This document shows, piece after piece, positions 8,778 through 18,771 of a DNA stretch of 64,000 nucleotides. The number at the start of each line of letters is the position of its first letter. Within the stretch, counting starts at the first letter, position 1. The stretch is from Clostridium sp. CAG:354_28_25 (GTDB taxonomy: Bacteria; Bacillota; Clostridia; TANB77; CAG-508): NCBI GenBank assembly GCA_001915925.1, contig MNRL01000017.1:2780-66779 (forward strand), read 5' to 3'. The position numbers and the translations under genes were made by a program. The notes beneath the pieces are model-generated. The model worked only from the letters and a program-made list of their open reading frames with translations. It did no database searches and had not been told where the DNA came from.

Positions 8778-9458
8778 TTATATATGTACGTCTTTTAAAA
8801 TATTCCATACTCCTTTTTGAGCAGGTAAATATTTAAACTCTAATTCTTCTTTTGTTGTTGGGTGATAAAATTTTAATCTATATGACCACAACGCTAATTG
8901 TTTACTCCTACTCCTTGTACCATATTTAGTATCTCCACAAAGGCTATGTCTTCTACTAGAAAATTGCACTCTTATTTGATGGTGCCTTCCCGTTTTTAAA
9001 TCTATTTTTACTAAACTCATATGTGTTACTTCATCATATTTTAAGACTTCATATTCCAATTCTGAGAATTTAGCATTTTTCGTGTCTTTATTTGCAACAA
9101 AAGATTTATTTTTTCTTTCATCTTTTACTAAATAATCTTGCATAACTCCATTCGAATTTTCCATTTTTCCTTTTACTACAGCAATATAATTTTTATTAAC
9201 CTGTTTATTTCTAACTTGTTCACTTAGTCTAGATGCAGCTTTAGAAGTTTTAGCAAATACCATAACTCCACCAACAGACCTATCTAGTCTATGGACTAAT
9301 CCTAAATAAACATTTCCTGGCTTATTATATTTTTCTTTTAAATATGCCTTTATAATTGTAAGCATATCGTCATCTCTTGTTTTATCTGCTTGTGATGGAA
9401 TTCCTGGTTCTTTAACAACTACTATAATATGATTATCTTCATATAATATATTAAGCAT
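8778..9458 (-). CDS. RluA-family pseudouridine synthase
   Basis: Catalytic motif HRLDRSVGGVMVFAKT. The start was chosen at ATG 9458 (MLNILYEDNHIIVV), which has a strong RBS GGGAGGAAGATA. The track start at 9500 would overlap the upstream gene. Confidence 0.85.
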   Translation of the reverse strand: MLNILYEDNHIIVVVKEPGIPSQADKTRDDDMLTIIKAYLKEKYNKPGNVYLGLVHRLDRSVGGVMVFAKTSKAASRLSEQVRNKQVNKNYIAVVKGKMENSNGVMQDYLVKDERKNKSFVANKDTKNAKFSELEYEVLKYDEVTHMSLVKIDLKTGRHHQIRVQFSSRRHSLCGDTKYGTRSRSKQLALWSYRLKFYHPTTKEELEFKYLPAQKGVWNILKDVHI

Positions 9459-10317
9459 TATCTTCCTCCCATCTACCATATATTCCACAAGGAAGCACAA
9501 GTTTTGAACCTGTCATTGGTAATCCAATTTCTCCGGACTCAAAGTTTCCACTATTTTTTATATTAAGTCTTAATATATTTTCTAATACTTTTGCAGAAAT
9601 TCCTGTAGTATATGAATTTATTAGAAAGAACAACGGTTCATCTGAAAGTACTTTAGTACATAAATTTACTAAATCTGCTATGTCTTCTTCAAAACGCCAG
9701 ACTTCTCCTTTAGTTCCTCTACCATATGATGGTGGATCCATTATAATCGCATCATACTTATTTCCTCTTCTTATTTCTCTATTTACGAATTTCTCTACAT
9801 CATCTACTATATAACGAACTGGTTTTTCTTTTAGCCCTGATGAATTAACATTTTCTTTTGACCAGCTTACCATTCCTTTTGAACTATCTACATGGCATAC
9901 TGAAGCTCCTGCAGAAAGGCAAGCAACAGTAGCTCCTCCTGTATAAGCAAATAAATTTAATACTTTTATTTCTCTTTTACTATTTTTTATTTTATTAATC
10001 ATCCAATCCCAGTTAACAGCTTGTTCAGGAAAAAGACCAGTATGTTTAAATCCCATTGGCTTTATATTAAAAGTTAAGTTTTTATATTTTATTTGCCAAC
10101 TTTCTGGAACTTTCTTTTTAAAATTCCAACTTCCGCCACCTGTTTTGCTTCTATTGTATATTCCGTGTACATTTTTCCATTTTTCTTTAAAACTTTTCTC
10201 TACCCATATTATTTGTGGGTCTGGTCTAACTAAAAATATATTTCCCCATCTTTCTAGTTTTTCTCCATTTGCCATATCTAATATTTCATAATCTTTCCAA
10301 TCATTTGCTACCTTCAT
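9451..10317 (-). CDS. class I SAM-dependent rRNA methyltransferase (RlmI/RlmK-like)
   Basis: 288 aa with a Rossmann SAM-binding motif (VLNLFAYTGGATVA) and acidic DPPS-type motif (IIMDPPSYGRG) typical of rRNA m5C/m2G methyltransferases. Confidence 0.75.
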   Translation of the reverse strand: MKVANDWKDYEILDMANGEKLERWGNIFLVRPDPQIIWVEKSFKEKWKNVHGIYNRSKTGGGSWNFKKKVPESWQIKYKNLTFNIKPMGFKHTGLFPEQAVNWDWMINKIKNSKREIKVLNLFAYTGGATVACLSAGASVCHVDSSKGMVSWSKENVNSSGLKEKPVRYIVDDVEKFVNREIRRGNKYDAIIMDPPSYGRGTKGEVWRFEEDIADLVNLCTKVLSDEPLFFLINSYTTGISAKVLENILRLNIKNSGNFESGEIGLPMTGSKLVLPCGIYGRWEEDNA

Positions 10318-10330
10318 ACTACATCTCCAC

Positions 10331-10498
10331 TTATAAATTTGATAAAATTTTAAAAAAGTTATATATAGCTATACTATTCGCTATACAAAATATTCCTCCT
10401 ATAGAAAATAACAAACCTAAAATATTATTTCTACTAATTCTTTTAGGCTTCTGCTTACTATATTCTATAGTAAATATTTCATCTTTTGCATATTCCAT
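10331..10498 (-). CDS. possible small membrane protein (55 aa: MEYAKDEIFTIEYSKQKPKRISRNNILGLLFSIGGIFCIANSIAIYNFFKILSNL)
   Basis: Unannotated ORF ending 13 nt upstream of the methyltransferase start. It has one predicted TM and an upstream AAAGGGG motif. The call is weak because the region is AT-rich. Confidence 0.25.
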   Translation of the reverse strand: MEYAKDEIFTIEYSKQKPKRISRNNILGLLFSIGGIFCIANSIAIYNFFKILSNL

Positions 10499-10627
10499 GT
10501 CCTCAACCCCTTTATTTATTTATATGCTAAAATACATAGAATATGCCTTATTTACGCTATATTTTACCATAACTATTATACCTTTTTCAATATAATCGCC
10601 TAAAACCTTACTTCTTCCGTTATAAAA

Positions 10628-10672
10628 TAAAAAAATATACACTAAATTGATCTTATTTAATGTATATTTTTT
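10628..10672. terminator. AT-rich hairpin terminator downstream of greA
   Basis: AAAAATATACA ... TGTATATTTTT inverted repeat with flanking A/T tracts. Confidence 0.45.
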
Positions 10673-10678
10673 ATATTA

Positions 10679-11164
10679 TTAAGCTTTTGTTATTGATAAA
10701 ATTTTATATTTACTTACACCTGCTGGTACTTGAACTTCTACTACTTGATTTTTCTTTGCTCCTAATAAAGCTGAACCTATTGGAGATTCATTTGAGATTT
10801 TATTTTGTGTAATATCTGCCTCTGTTGTTCCAACTATTGTATATTCGACCTCTTCATCAAATTCCATATCTAAAACTTTTACAGTATTTCCTACTTGTAC
10901 TTTCTTTGTATCTATTTCTGAATCATCTATAATTTTAGCAAATCTTAATTTTGCTTCTAATTCTGCTATTTTATCTTCATTTTCTGCTTGCGCATTTTTA
11001 GCTTCATCATATTCTGAATTTTCTGAAAGGTCTCCAAATCCTAAAGCAACTTTTATTCTTTCTGCTATTTCTGCTCTAGTTTCTGTTTTTAACTTTTCTA
11101 GTTCAGCTTCCATTTTTTTATATCCTTCTTCGGTTAGTAGAATTTCTTTGTTGTTATCACCCAT
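10679..11164 (-). CDS. greA: transcription elongation factor GreA
   Basis: 161 aa with an N-terminal coiled coil ([17 protein letters not shown]) and a C-terminal FKBP-like domain. Carries the GreA signature [10 protein letters not shown]. Confidence 0.9.
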   Translation of the reverse strand: MGDNNKEILLTEEGYKKMEAELEKLKTETRAEIAERIKVALGFGDLSENSEYDEAKNAQAENEDKIAELEAKLRFAKIIDDSEIDTKKVQVGNTVKVLDMEFDEEVEYTIVGTTEADITQNKISNESPIGSALLGAKKNQVVEVQVPAGVSKYKILSITKA

Positions 11165-11248
11165 TCTGTCATCCCTCCTGAATAATTTTATTACTGCATT
11201 ATCTTAAGTCAATATTTTTCTTTTGTCAAGTATTGTTTTTCAATTTTT

Positions 11249-12067
11249 TTATTTATATTCATTAATATCTATAATACCTCTTTTTCCTATAAAATTACTA
11301 ATTTTCACCCCATCGTCAAGTATTTTTCTTCGTATATCTTTTATTTGCTTTCCTATAATATATGATTCGTATATCTCGTTTTTTTCAAATTCACTATCAG
11401 TACTTTCCATGTTTATTTCATAATTACTTATATTTATACCAGCAAATGATTTGTTTATATTTGTAATATCATTTTCTATATTTATTAAAATCGCTTTCCT
11501 ATTAATTTTATACTTCTTTAATTGTTCTTCTGTAAAATCAATGTTTATTATGATTTTTTTGTTTATTAAGCTTTTATTTCTATTATTCATTACAGGTACT
11601 GTAATTGCATCTTCTTCATACAATCTATCTGCAAACACTTTAAATTTTCTTATATTATTAGTAATAATATTTATCCTTTTTATATTAGATATTAATTCAT
11701 TTATATAATATAGGTTTATTTGTGAATAATCGTTTACTAATATCGTTACTTCTATATCCTCTTTATTAGTTTCCAATATTTTTGATAAATATTCTATAAT
11801 TTCTGGTATTAAATGTTTAAACAAAATCCTTCCATTTAATATATTCATATTGCTTGAATATATATTGTTAATAAATTCTATATTATGTTTGTCTTTTTTT
11901 GCAATTACTATATTCTTTATATTATCTTTTTTTAATTTTTCTATTACTTTTTGATTAAGTTTAGGAATAATATATTTTTTTCCATTTTCATATTCTTCAA
12001 TATCTAATTTATTAAAAATCTTTTTAAAGAAATTTTTTTCTTGTTTAGAAATAACATATCCAATCAT
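11249..12067 (-). CDS. hypothetical protein (N/I/K-rich)
   Basis: 272-aa ORF with no recognisable motif. Confidence 0.4.
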   Translation of the reverse strand: MIGYVISKQEKNFFKKIFNKLDIEEYENGKKYIIPKLNQKVIEKLKKDNIKNIVIAKKDKHNIEFINNIYSSNMNILNGRILFKHLIPEIIEYLSKILETNKEDIEVTILVNDYSQINLYYINELISNIKRINIITNNIRKFKVFADRLYEEDAITVPVMNNRNKSLINKKIIINIDFTEEQLKKYKINRKAILINIENDITNINKSFAGINISNYEINMESTDSEFEKNEIYESYIIGKQIKDIRRKILDDGVKISNFIGKRGIIDINEYK

Positions 12068-12108
12068 AAAATCACCTTACTCATTTATATGACTAAGGTG
12101 ATTTTATA

Positions 12109-13806
12109 TTACTTATTTAATTGTTCTTTCACAAATGTCCAAAATTCATCATTTGTTTCTCTATCTTTTTCCCAAAATGCTATTCCTGCTAAATTATATT
12201 GATTTGCTAAATTTATTTTTTCGCCTACTGATTTTTCATTTTCAATCCACATTTTATATTTTTTTCCATCTTCTTCATATTCCACATAGTATTGTTTTAG
12301 CTCTTCATCCCATGTTGCTACCTGATTTTCTGGAAGTACATCAAACATATTCCTCATATTAACTACTTCTGGCTTAGCTGTTCCGTCTTCCTCTTCTTCC
12401 CATAATCTCATATATAGTGGTATTCCTAATATTATTTTTTCTGGATCTACATCTTCTTGCCCTAAGAATTTCTTTACATTTGCTTCTACCCAATTATATC
12501 CTGCTGTTGTTCCAGCTTTATTAGAACTTGTACCATATTGATCATATGCCATGAAAACTATATAATCTGCAACATTTGCAATTGTATTTCTATCAAAACA
12601 CAAAGACCAAGTTTCTGAGCCATCTGGAGCAGTTACATCTACAGATAGTGTTTTTCCAATCTTTTTTAATCTTGGAGCTAATTCTATTAAGAATCTTGAA
12701 TATACATCTTTATCTGATTCATTCATATTTTCGAAATCCACATTTACTCCATCCAAATTATATTCTTCTACTAAATCCATTAGATTCTCTATCATAGTCT
12801 CTCTTTTTTCATAGTCATTTAATATTTGAGAAGTTGTATCTTTTAATGAATTATTAGAAAACATTGCCCAGACTTGGTAATTATTATTGTGTGCCCATTC
12901 AATATATTCTGCTCCGTCATCTTTAGCATTATCATATATTTCGCCATTGCTTCCTCTTTCTAAAGAGAAAAATGATGGTGATACTACATTAACTCCATCC
13001 ATAGTCTCTCCAGTTCTGTCTGGAGCTTTTGCATATTCAGAATAGTAATCCCAAACTAAATTAACTTTTCCTTCTACTTTATCTATATACTCTTTAGCTT
13101 CTCTTGCTACTTCTACATTACCTAAATCTTCTTTCTTTATATAACCTATTGTTCCATCTTTTGATCTTACTTCTGCCCAATTATTTGTTTCTTCTATATA
13201 AACTACTTGTTCATTAGCATCTAACTTTTCTAATGTTCCTGACAAAGTTTGAGGCTTATATTTTAATTTTGTTTCTTTAGTTGTATTTGCTACTTCTTGT
13301 TTTCTATCTAATGAATCTATAATAATAGTATTTGTATCTTTTATATATTCTAGGTCAACATCATACACTTTTTCACTTATTTCTGAAAAAGGTAAATATA
13401 TTGTTTCATTTTTTTCTATTGCAGAAGAATTTAATTCCTCTTCTTGCCCATTTATAGTTATTTTGTTATCTTTTGTACTCATTTTTGCTATATTTATCTC
13501 TGATGTAGTTACAATAGAACCATTTTCTTTGTCATACTCTATATATTTATCAAAATAATTTCTTACATCAGCTAAAGAAAGAAATACATTATTGTTTTCA
13601 TCTATATATACATCATTTTTCATTTTTAATGTAACATTATTGTTATTTATTAAAACTTTAGTTTTTCCATCATAATCTTCCCTTATATAATTAGGAGATA
13701 GATAAAATACCCCACCTAATAATGCAAGAAATACAAGTACTATAAATATATTAAAAATTAATTTTGAACTATTTCTTTCGTTTTTTTCTTTCATTCTTTT
13801 TGCCAT
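12109..13806 (-). CDS. glycoside hydrolase family 18 protein (YdhD/SleL-like spore peptidoglycan hydrolase), membrane-anchored
   Basis: 565 aa with an N-terminal TM and the GH18 catalytic motif LDGVNVDFENM (DxxDxDxE). Confidence 0.7.
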   Translation of the reverse strand: MAKRMKEKNERNSSKLIFNIFIVLVFLALLGGVFYLSPNYIREDYDGKTKVLINNNNVTLKMKNDVYIDENNNVFLSLADVRNYFDKYIEYDKENGSIVTTSEINIAKMSTKDNKITINGQEEELNSSAIEKNETIYLPFSEISEKVYDVDLEYIKDTNTIIIDSLDRKQEVANTTKETKLKYKPQTLSGTLEKLDANEQVVYIEETNNWAEVRSKDGTIGYIKKEDLGNVEVAREAKEYIDKVEGKVNLVWDYYSEYAKAPDRTGETMDGVNVVSPSFFSLERGSNGEIYDNAKDDGAEYIEWAHNNNYQVWAMFSNNSLKDTTSQILNDYEKRETMIENLMDLVEEYNLDGVNVDFENMNESDKDVYSRFLIELAPRLKKIGKTLSVDVTAPDGSETWSLCFDRNTIANVADYIVFMAYDQYGTSSNKAGTTAGYNWVEANVKKFLGQEDVDPEKIILGIPLYMRLWEEEEDGTAKPEVVNMRNMFDVLPENQVATWDEELKQYYVEYEEDGKKYKMWIENEKSVGEKINLANQYNLAGIAFWEKDRETNDEFWTFVKEQLNK

Positions 13807-13972
13807 TTGTACTCTCCTTATTTCATAAATTCTTTCTTATATTATCATAAAATAATAAATTAGTGAATAAAATTTTAAAAAATATTCGTACTTAACATAA
13901 ATGTTTGTTTTTTCTTTACTTTTATGGGGATTTATGGTATAATTTTAATGAATTGTGTAAGGGGGAATCTTT

Positions 13973-14431
13973 ATGTGGTTAGTTTGGTTAGTAATAGCTG
14001 GAGTGCTGTTTGTAGGCGAAATCTTAACAGCAGGTTTTTTACTATTGTGGTTTGCAATAGCAGCGGTTGTAGCTATGTTAGTTAGTTTTTTAACAACCAA
14101 TTTATTTATTCAAATTTTAGTTTTTGTAGTAATATCAATTTTACTTCTTATATTTACAAGGCCATTACTATCAAAATACACCAAAAGTGATAATACTGTA
14201 ACAAACTCTAATGCAATTATTGGTAAAACCGCGTTAGTTACAGAAGAAATCTCTTTACTAAATTCTACAGGTCAAATTAATGTAGATGGAGAAATTTGGT
14301 CTGCTAAAACAATGGATCCTAACTTAACTATTCCAAAAGGTTCTAAAGTAGAAATTATTGGTATAGATGGTGTAAAAGCTTGTGTTGCAAGTAATTATCA
14401 AATGCCATCTAATAATATAGAAAATAAATAA
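13973..14431 (+). CDS. NfeD-family membrane protein
   Basis: 152 aa with N-terminal TM helices and a C-terminal OB-fold beta domain. Located upstream of an SPFH gene, matching the conserved NfeD-stomatin pairing. RBS AAGGGGGAA. Confidence 0.75.
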   Translation: MWLVWLVIAGVLFVGEILTAGFLLLWFAIAAVVAMLVSFLTTNLFIQILVFVVISILLLIFTRPLLSKYTKSDNTVTNSNAIIGKTALVTEEISLLNSTGQINVDGEIWSAKTMDPNLTIPKGSKVEIIGIDGVKACVASNYQMPSNNIENK

Positions 14432-14438
14432 AAGGAGA

Positions 14439-15398
14439 ATGAAAATGGGCGGAATTATATTTTTAGTAATTTTAATACTTTTTATTGCTATAATAGCTTA
14501 TAAATCAATAAAAGTAGTTAAACAATCTGAAGTTTATATAATTGAAAGATTAGGTAAATTTCATAAAGTTGCAGATGCTGGTCTTACAATAATATTACCT
14601 TTCGTAGATCATGTACGTAGTGTAGTTAGTTTAAAACAACAAACAATGGATATACCACCTCAAGGTGTTATTACTCAAGATAACGTTACAATTACAATAG
14701 ATACTGTTGTGTTCTACCAAATAACAGATCCTGCAAAAGCTGTTTATGAAATTCAATCTTTAAAGAAAGGTATTGAATATTTAGCAATTACAACAATTCG
14801 TGATATTGTTGGTAAAATGTCTTTAGATGAAACATTCAGTTCAAGAGATTTAATAAACCAAAAGTTAAGATCTATCTTAGACGAAGCAACAGATAAATGG
14901 GGTTGTAAAATAGATAGAGTTGAAATTAAAGATATTAACCCACCAGAAGATATTAGAGATGCAATGGAAAAACAAATGAACGCAGAAAGAAATAAAAGAG
15001 CTTTAATTCTACAATCTGAAGGTGAAAGGCAATCTGCAATTACACTTGCTGAAGGTAAAAAAGCTGCAGCTATCCTAGAGGCAGAAGCTGATAAAGAAGC
15101 TCAAATTAGAAGAGCTGCCGGTGAAGCTGAAGCAATCAGAAAAGTAGCCGAAGCTAAAGCAGAAGAAGTAAGAATGGTTTATGCAGCAATCAAAAAAGCT
15201 GATCCAGACGAAAAACTTATTCAAATTAAATCCTTAGAAGCTCTTGAAGAAGTTGCTAAAGGTGATGCTAACAAAGTATTTATTCCTTTCGAAGCAACAG
15301 CTGCATTAAGTGGCTTAGGAGCTGCTACAGAAGTTATTAAAGATGGCGAAAAAAAAGCAGTAGATAAAAAATTAAAAGATATTGCAAAAGACCAATAA
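14439..15398 (+). CDS. SPFH/band-7 (stomatin/prohibitin-like) protein
   Basis: 319 aa with an N-terminal TM, an SPFH domain and a C-terminal Ala/Glu-rich coiled coil. Confidence 0.85.
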   Translation: MKMGGIIFLVILILFIAIIAYKSIKVVKQSEVYIIERLGKFHKVADAGLTIILPFVDHVRSVVSLKQQTMDIPPQGVITQDNVTITIDTVVFYQITDPAKAVYEIQSLKKGIEYLAITTIRDIVGKMSLDETFSSRDLINQKLRSILDEATDKWGCKIDRVEIKDINPPEDIRDAMEKQMNAERNKRALILQSEGERQSAITLAEGKKAAAILEAEADKEAQIRRAAGEAEAIRKVAEAKAEEVRMVYAAIKKADPDEKLIQIKSLEALEEVAKGDANKVFIPFEATAALSGLGAATEVIKDGEKKAVDKKLKDIAKDQ

Positions 15399-15410
15399 AT
15401 TTAATTAATC

Positions 15411-15438
15411 GGGATTTTGGAGACATTCCTAGAATCCC
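15411..15438. repeat. GGGATTT-palindromic terminator-associated repeat, copy 1 (gggattttggagacattcctagaatccc)
   Basis: Inverted-repeat ends GGGATT/AATCCC. Followed by a T(10) tract. Confidence 0.7.
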
Positions 15439-15456
15439 TATTTTTTTTTCGCAGTC

Positions 15457-15483
15457 GGGATTTGGGGACGTTCCTAGAATCCC
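15457..15483. repeat. GGGATTT-palindromic repeat, copy 2 (gggatttggggacgttcctagaatccc)
   Basis: Near-identical to copy 1 and followed by a T tract. Lies between the convergent SPFH and nifS genes. Confidence 0.7.
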
Positions 15484-15543
15484 ATTTTTTATATATTAAA
15501 AGAGAAAGTACAAAACTACTTTCTCTTTTTTCTGATATATTTT

Positions 15544-16692
15544 TTAATACCTTTCTGTTCTTAGGTTTACAACTATTTTTTCTAATTCATCTACAAAATA
15601 ATCTATATCTTCTTTTGTGTTTTCCTTGCCTAATGTTATTCTTAATGCACTACTTGCGATGTCTTCGCTTAGCCCCATTGCAAGCAATACATGTGATGGT
15701 TGTGACAGTCCACTACTACAAGCAGAACCGCTAGAAGTACAAATCCCTTTCTTCGCTAATAGTTTTACTAAATCTTTACCATTTACATACAAAAAAGAAA
15801 TATTTATATTCCCTAGTAATCTACTATTTAAATCACCATTTATTCTTATATATGGTATTCTATTTTTTATTTGTTCTATACAATAATTTCGTAAATTTAA
15901 TAACTTTTCGTTATTTTGCATAACATTGTCATTAGCTATCTCAATTGCCTTACCTAGTCCAACAATACCTGCTACATTTTCAGTTCCTGCTCTTTTATCG
16001 TTTTCTTGATGTCCGCCATTTTGTAATTGTATAAAATCTATACTATCTCTTACATATAAAGCTCCTACCCCTTTTGGCCCATAGAACTTATGAGCAGACA
16101 TTGATAATAAATCTATCCCCATTTCTTTCACATCTATTTTTATATTTCCCACTGCTTGAACTGCATCTGTATGAAATATTGCATTGTTACTGTGGACAAT
16201 TCTAGAAATTTCTTTTATAGGTTCTATAGTTCCTACTTCGTTGTTTGCAAACATAATTGATACTAAAATAGTTTTTGAATTAATACTATTTTTTAATTCT
16301 TCTAAATCTATGAATCCATTTTTATCAACATTTAAATAGGTTACCCTAAATCCCTCTTTTTCTAGTTGCCTACAAGTATTTAAAACTGCTGGATGCTCTA
16401 TTCTGCTTGTAATAATGTGATTTCCATTTTGTCTGTGTGCTCTTACAACACCCTTAATTGCTAAATTATCACTTTCGCTACCACAAGAGGTAAAATATAT
16501 CTCGTTTGGTTTGGCATTTATTGCTTTTGCTACATTTACCCTTGCTATATTTATTGCTTCCTTGGATTTATACCCAAGCTCATATAATGATGAAGCATTA
16601 CCATAATTTTCACAAAAATATGGTTCCATTGCCTCTTTTACTTCTGGTGCGACTGCAGTTGTAGCTGCATGGTCAAAATATATTGTTTTCAT
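15544..16692 (-). CDS. nifS: cysteine desulfurase (NifS/IscS family, PLP-dependent)
   Basis: 382 aa with the PLP lysine region SMSAHKFYGPKGVGALYV and active-site Cys region SSGSACSS. Confidence 0.85.
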   Translation of the reverse strand: MKTIYFDHAATTAVAPEVKEAMEPYFCENYGNASSLYELGYKSKEAINIARVNVAKAINAKPNEIYFTSCGSESDNLAIKGVVRAHRQNGNHIITSRIEHPAVLNTCRQLEKEGFRVTYLNVDKNGFIDLEELKNSINSKTILVSIMFANNEVGTIEPIKEISRIVHSNNAIFHTDAVQAVGNIKIDVKEMGIDLLSMSAHKFYGPKGVGALYVRDSIDFIQLQNGGHQENDKRAGTENVAGIVGLGKAIEIANDNVMQNNEKLLNLRNYCIEQIKNRIPYIRINGDLNSRLLGNINISFLYVNGKDLVKLLAKKGICTSSGSACSSGLSQPSHVLLAMGLSEDIASSALRITLGKENTKEDIDYFVDELEKIVVNLRTERY

Positions 16693-16785
16693 ATAACATT
16701 ACCTCTCTTATATAATATTATATGAAATATTTTCTTTTTATTTGATAAAAATTTTTCATTAAGCAAATTTTTTTATACTTAAAAA

Positions 16786-16812
16786 GGGATTTAAAGAACG
16801 TCCCTAAATCCC
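16786..16812. repeat. GGGATTT-palindromic repeat, copy 3 (gggatttaaagaacgtccctaaatccc)
   Basis: Same family, flanked by an A tract. Confidence 0.65.
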
Positions 16813-16823
16813 GAATCAAAAAA

Positions 16824-16874
16824 GGGATTCTAGAAATGTCCCTAAATCCATCCTAGGAACATCCCCAAAATCCC
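16824..16874. repeat. GGGATTT-palindromic repeat, copies 4-5 (gggattctagaaatgtccctaaatcca tcctaggaacatccccaaaatccc)
   Basis: One copy in each orientation, followed by a T(7) tract. Positioned just downstream of the PPIase gene. Confidence 0.6.
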
Positions 16875-16879
16875 TTTTT

Positions 16880-17644
16880 TTAATTACTCATTCCGCCATA
16901 TAATTGTTGAATATAAGAATTATAATCAAATGGTGTTACTGTTTCTGGTACTCCATAGTCTACTCCAAAAGTATCTACTCTTACACTCTTTATTACTGGT
17001 GGATTAACTGGTGTACTTGCTTCTGAATCTGATGAGTCTTCTGATGTTGTTACTTCTGTTTCATTTAATTTATCTAGTACATCCATTCCCTCTATAACTT
17101 TTCCAAATGCTGCATAATAACCATTTAAGCTTGCATTATCGCCTGTCATTATAAAGAACTGTGAACCTGCAGAGTTATAACCTTCTTCATATAATCCCAT
17201 TTGGCTATAATCTGATCTTGCCATAGATATTACACCTTTTTCATGTCTTAAAGTATTTTTATTAAATCCGTTTTGTACAAATTCACCTTTTATAGCATAA
17301 GTCTCAGTAGTTGAACCATCATCTTTTATGGCTGATAATGTTGGAGCTCCTGAACCTGTTCCATCTTTATCTCCACCTTGTACCATAAAGTCTTTTACTA
17401 TTCTATGGAATGTTAATCCATCATAAAATCCTCTATTAGCTAAAGTAATAAAGTTAGCTACTGTATTTGGAGCTTGATCTGGGTATAATTCTATTTTCAT
17501 TGTACCTATACCTTCTATTTCCATTGTTGCAACTGGATTTTGCTTTGTAAAAGTCGCCTTTTGATATATTGTATAACCTACTAATCCTATTAATACAATT
17601 ACTAATATAATTGCTATAATCATAATTATTCTTTTTGTTTTCAT
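16880..17644 (-). CDS. peptidyl-prolyl cis-trans isomerase, cyclophilin type, membrane-anchored
   Basis: 254 aa with an N-terminal TM and cyclophilin motifs FHRIVKDFMVQGGD and SQFFIMTGD. Confidence 0.85.
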   Translation of the reverse strand: MKTKRIIMIIAIILVIVLIGLVGYTIYQKATFTKQNPVATMEIEGIGTMKIELYPDQAPNTVANFITLANRGFYDGLTFHRIVKDFMVQGGDKDGTGSGAPTLSAIKDDGSTTETYAIKGEFVQNGFNKNTLRHEKGVISMARSDYSQMGLYEEGYNSAGSQFFIMTGDNASLNGYYAAFGKVIEGMDVLDKLNETEVTTSEDSSDSEASTPVNPPVIKSVRVDTFGVDYGVPETVTPFDYNSYIQQLYGGMSN

Positions 17645-17659
17645 TCGTTATCCTCCTAC

Positions 17660-18736
17660 TTAAATTAAAGCATTATCAAAAACAAATTGTTCTTGCATTC
17701 TCTTTAATGATTGTTTTATTGTTTTGGCTCTTACTTCTCCTATTCCTTCTACCTCGTCAAGCTCTGGAATATCTGCTGCCAAAATGTGTTGAAAAGATTT
17801 AAAAGATTTTACTAAATTTTCTACTATGTTATTAGGTACTCTTGGGATTTTGGTTAATATCCTATATCCTCTTGTATAAACTCCCACTTCGTCATAATTA
17901 TCAAAATTTTCGTACCCTAAAATTTTTGCTATTGAAGATGCTTTTAAAAGCTCTTCGTAAGGTAATGCAATTATTTCTTCTAATGCTTCATCTTCTGTTT
18001 TATTTGTTCCTTTTCCTAGATAATCTTTTATAATTAAAAGTTCTTCTCGTTCTAAGCCACCAACTAATTCCTCTAATTGCATACTTATAAGTCTACCATC
18101 TTGTCCTAATTCTGAAATTCCTCTTTGTACTTCATCTACAATTTTCATAACCATTTCTGCTCTTTGTATTGCATTTATTACATTATCTAAAGTAACGATA
18201 TCATTAAATTCGTATTCATTTAGTACATTTAATTTGCTATCGAATACTTTTTTGTATTTTTCTAATGTTTGCAATGCTTGATTTGTTCTATTTAAAATTG
18301 TTGACGAATCTTGTATTGTATACCTTAGATTTCCTTTAAATACAGTAATTATATTTCTTCTTTGCGAAATACTAATTACTAAAGCTCCTGTTTGTTTTGC
18401 TGTTCTTTCAGCTGTTCTATGACGTGTTCCAGTTTCTTTAGTTGGAATCTCTGGTGATGGAATTAGCTGTGCATTTGCATATAATATTCTTTTTAAGTCT
18501 GTACTTAAAACTATTGCACCATCCATTTTAGCAAGTTCATATAATTTAGATGATGTATATTCTTCATCTATAAAAAAACCTCCATCTACTATGTCTAAAA
18601 CTTCCTTAGTATCAGAAAATACTAGTAATGCTCCAGTTTTTGCTTTTAAAATATTATCTAGTCCTTCTCTTATTGGTGTTCCAGGTGAAATTAACTTTAG
18701 TATGTCTGTAACTTCATCTTTTTTGCTGATTCTCAC
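17660..18736 (-). CDS. disA: DNA integrity scanning protein DisA (diadenylate cyclase)
   Basis: 358 aa with an N-terminal DAC domain (DGAIVLS, RHRTAERTAKQTGALVISISQ), a linker and a C-terminal HhH domain. Adjacent to radA as in other Firmicutes. Confidence 0.9.
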   Translation of the reverse strand: MRISKKDEVTDILKLISPGTPIREGLDNILKAKTGALLVFSDTKEVLDIVDGGFFIDEEYTSSKLYELAKMDGAIVLSTDLKRILYANAQLIPSPEIPTKETGTRHRTAERTAKQTGALVISISQRRNIITVFKGNLRYTIQDSSTILNRTNQALQTLEKYKKVFDSKLNVLNEYEFNDIVTLDNVINAIQRAEMVMKIVDEVQRGISELGQDGRLISMQLEELVGGLEREELLIIKDYLGKGTNKTEDEALEEIIALPYEELLKASSIAKILGYENFDNYDEVGVYTRGYRILTKIPRVPNNIVENLVKSFKSFQHILAADIPELDEVEGIGEVRAKTIKQSLKRMQEQFVFDNALI

Positions 18737-18771
18737 TTGTTACCAACCCTTTCTGCCTTCCACCCTATGAA

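Noticed and set aside
10269-10595. 108-aa plus-strand ORF in the methyltransferase-greA spacer
   Set aside because: It has the AT-rich low-complexity composition typical of chance ORFs. It lacks an RBS and overlaps the methyltransferase start on the opposite strand.
15405-16880. The clustered GGGATTT...AATCCC repeats were considered as a CRISPR array
   Set aside because: There are only 2-3 copies per cluster. The repeats have variable sequence and orientation. Spacers are 7-18 nt, and some copies are inverted. No cas genes are nearby. The copies behave as palindromic terminator hairpins instead.
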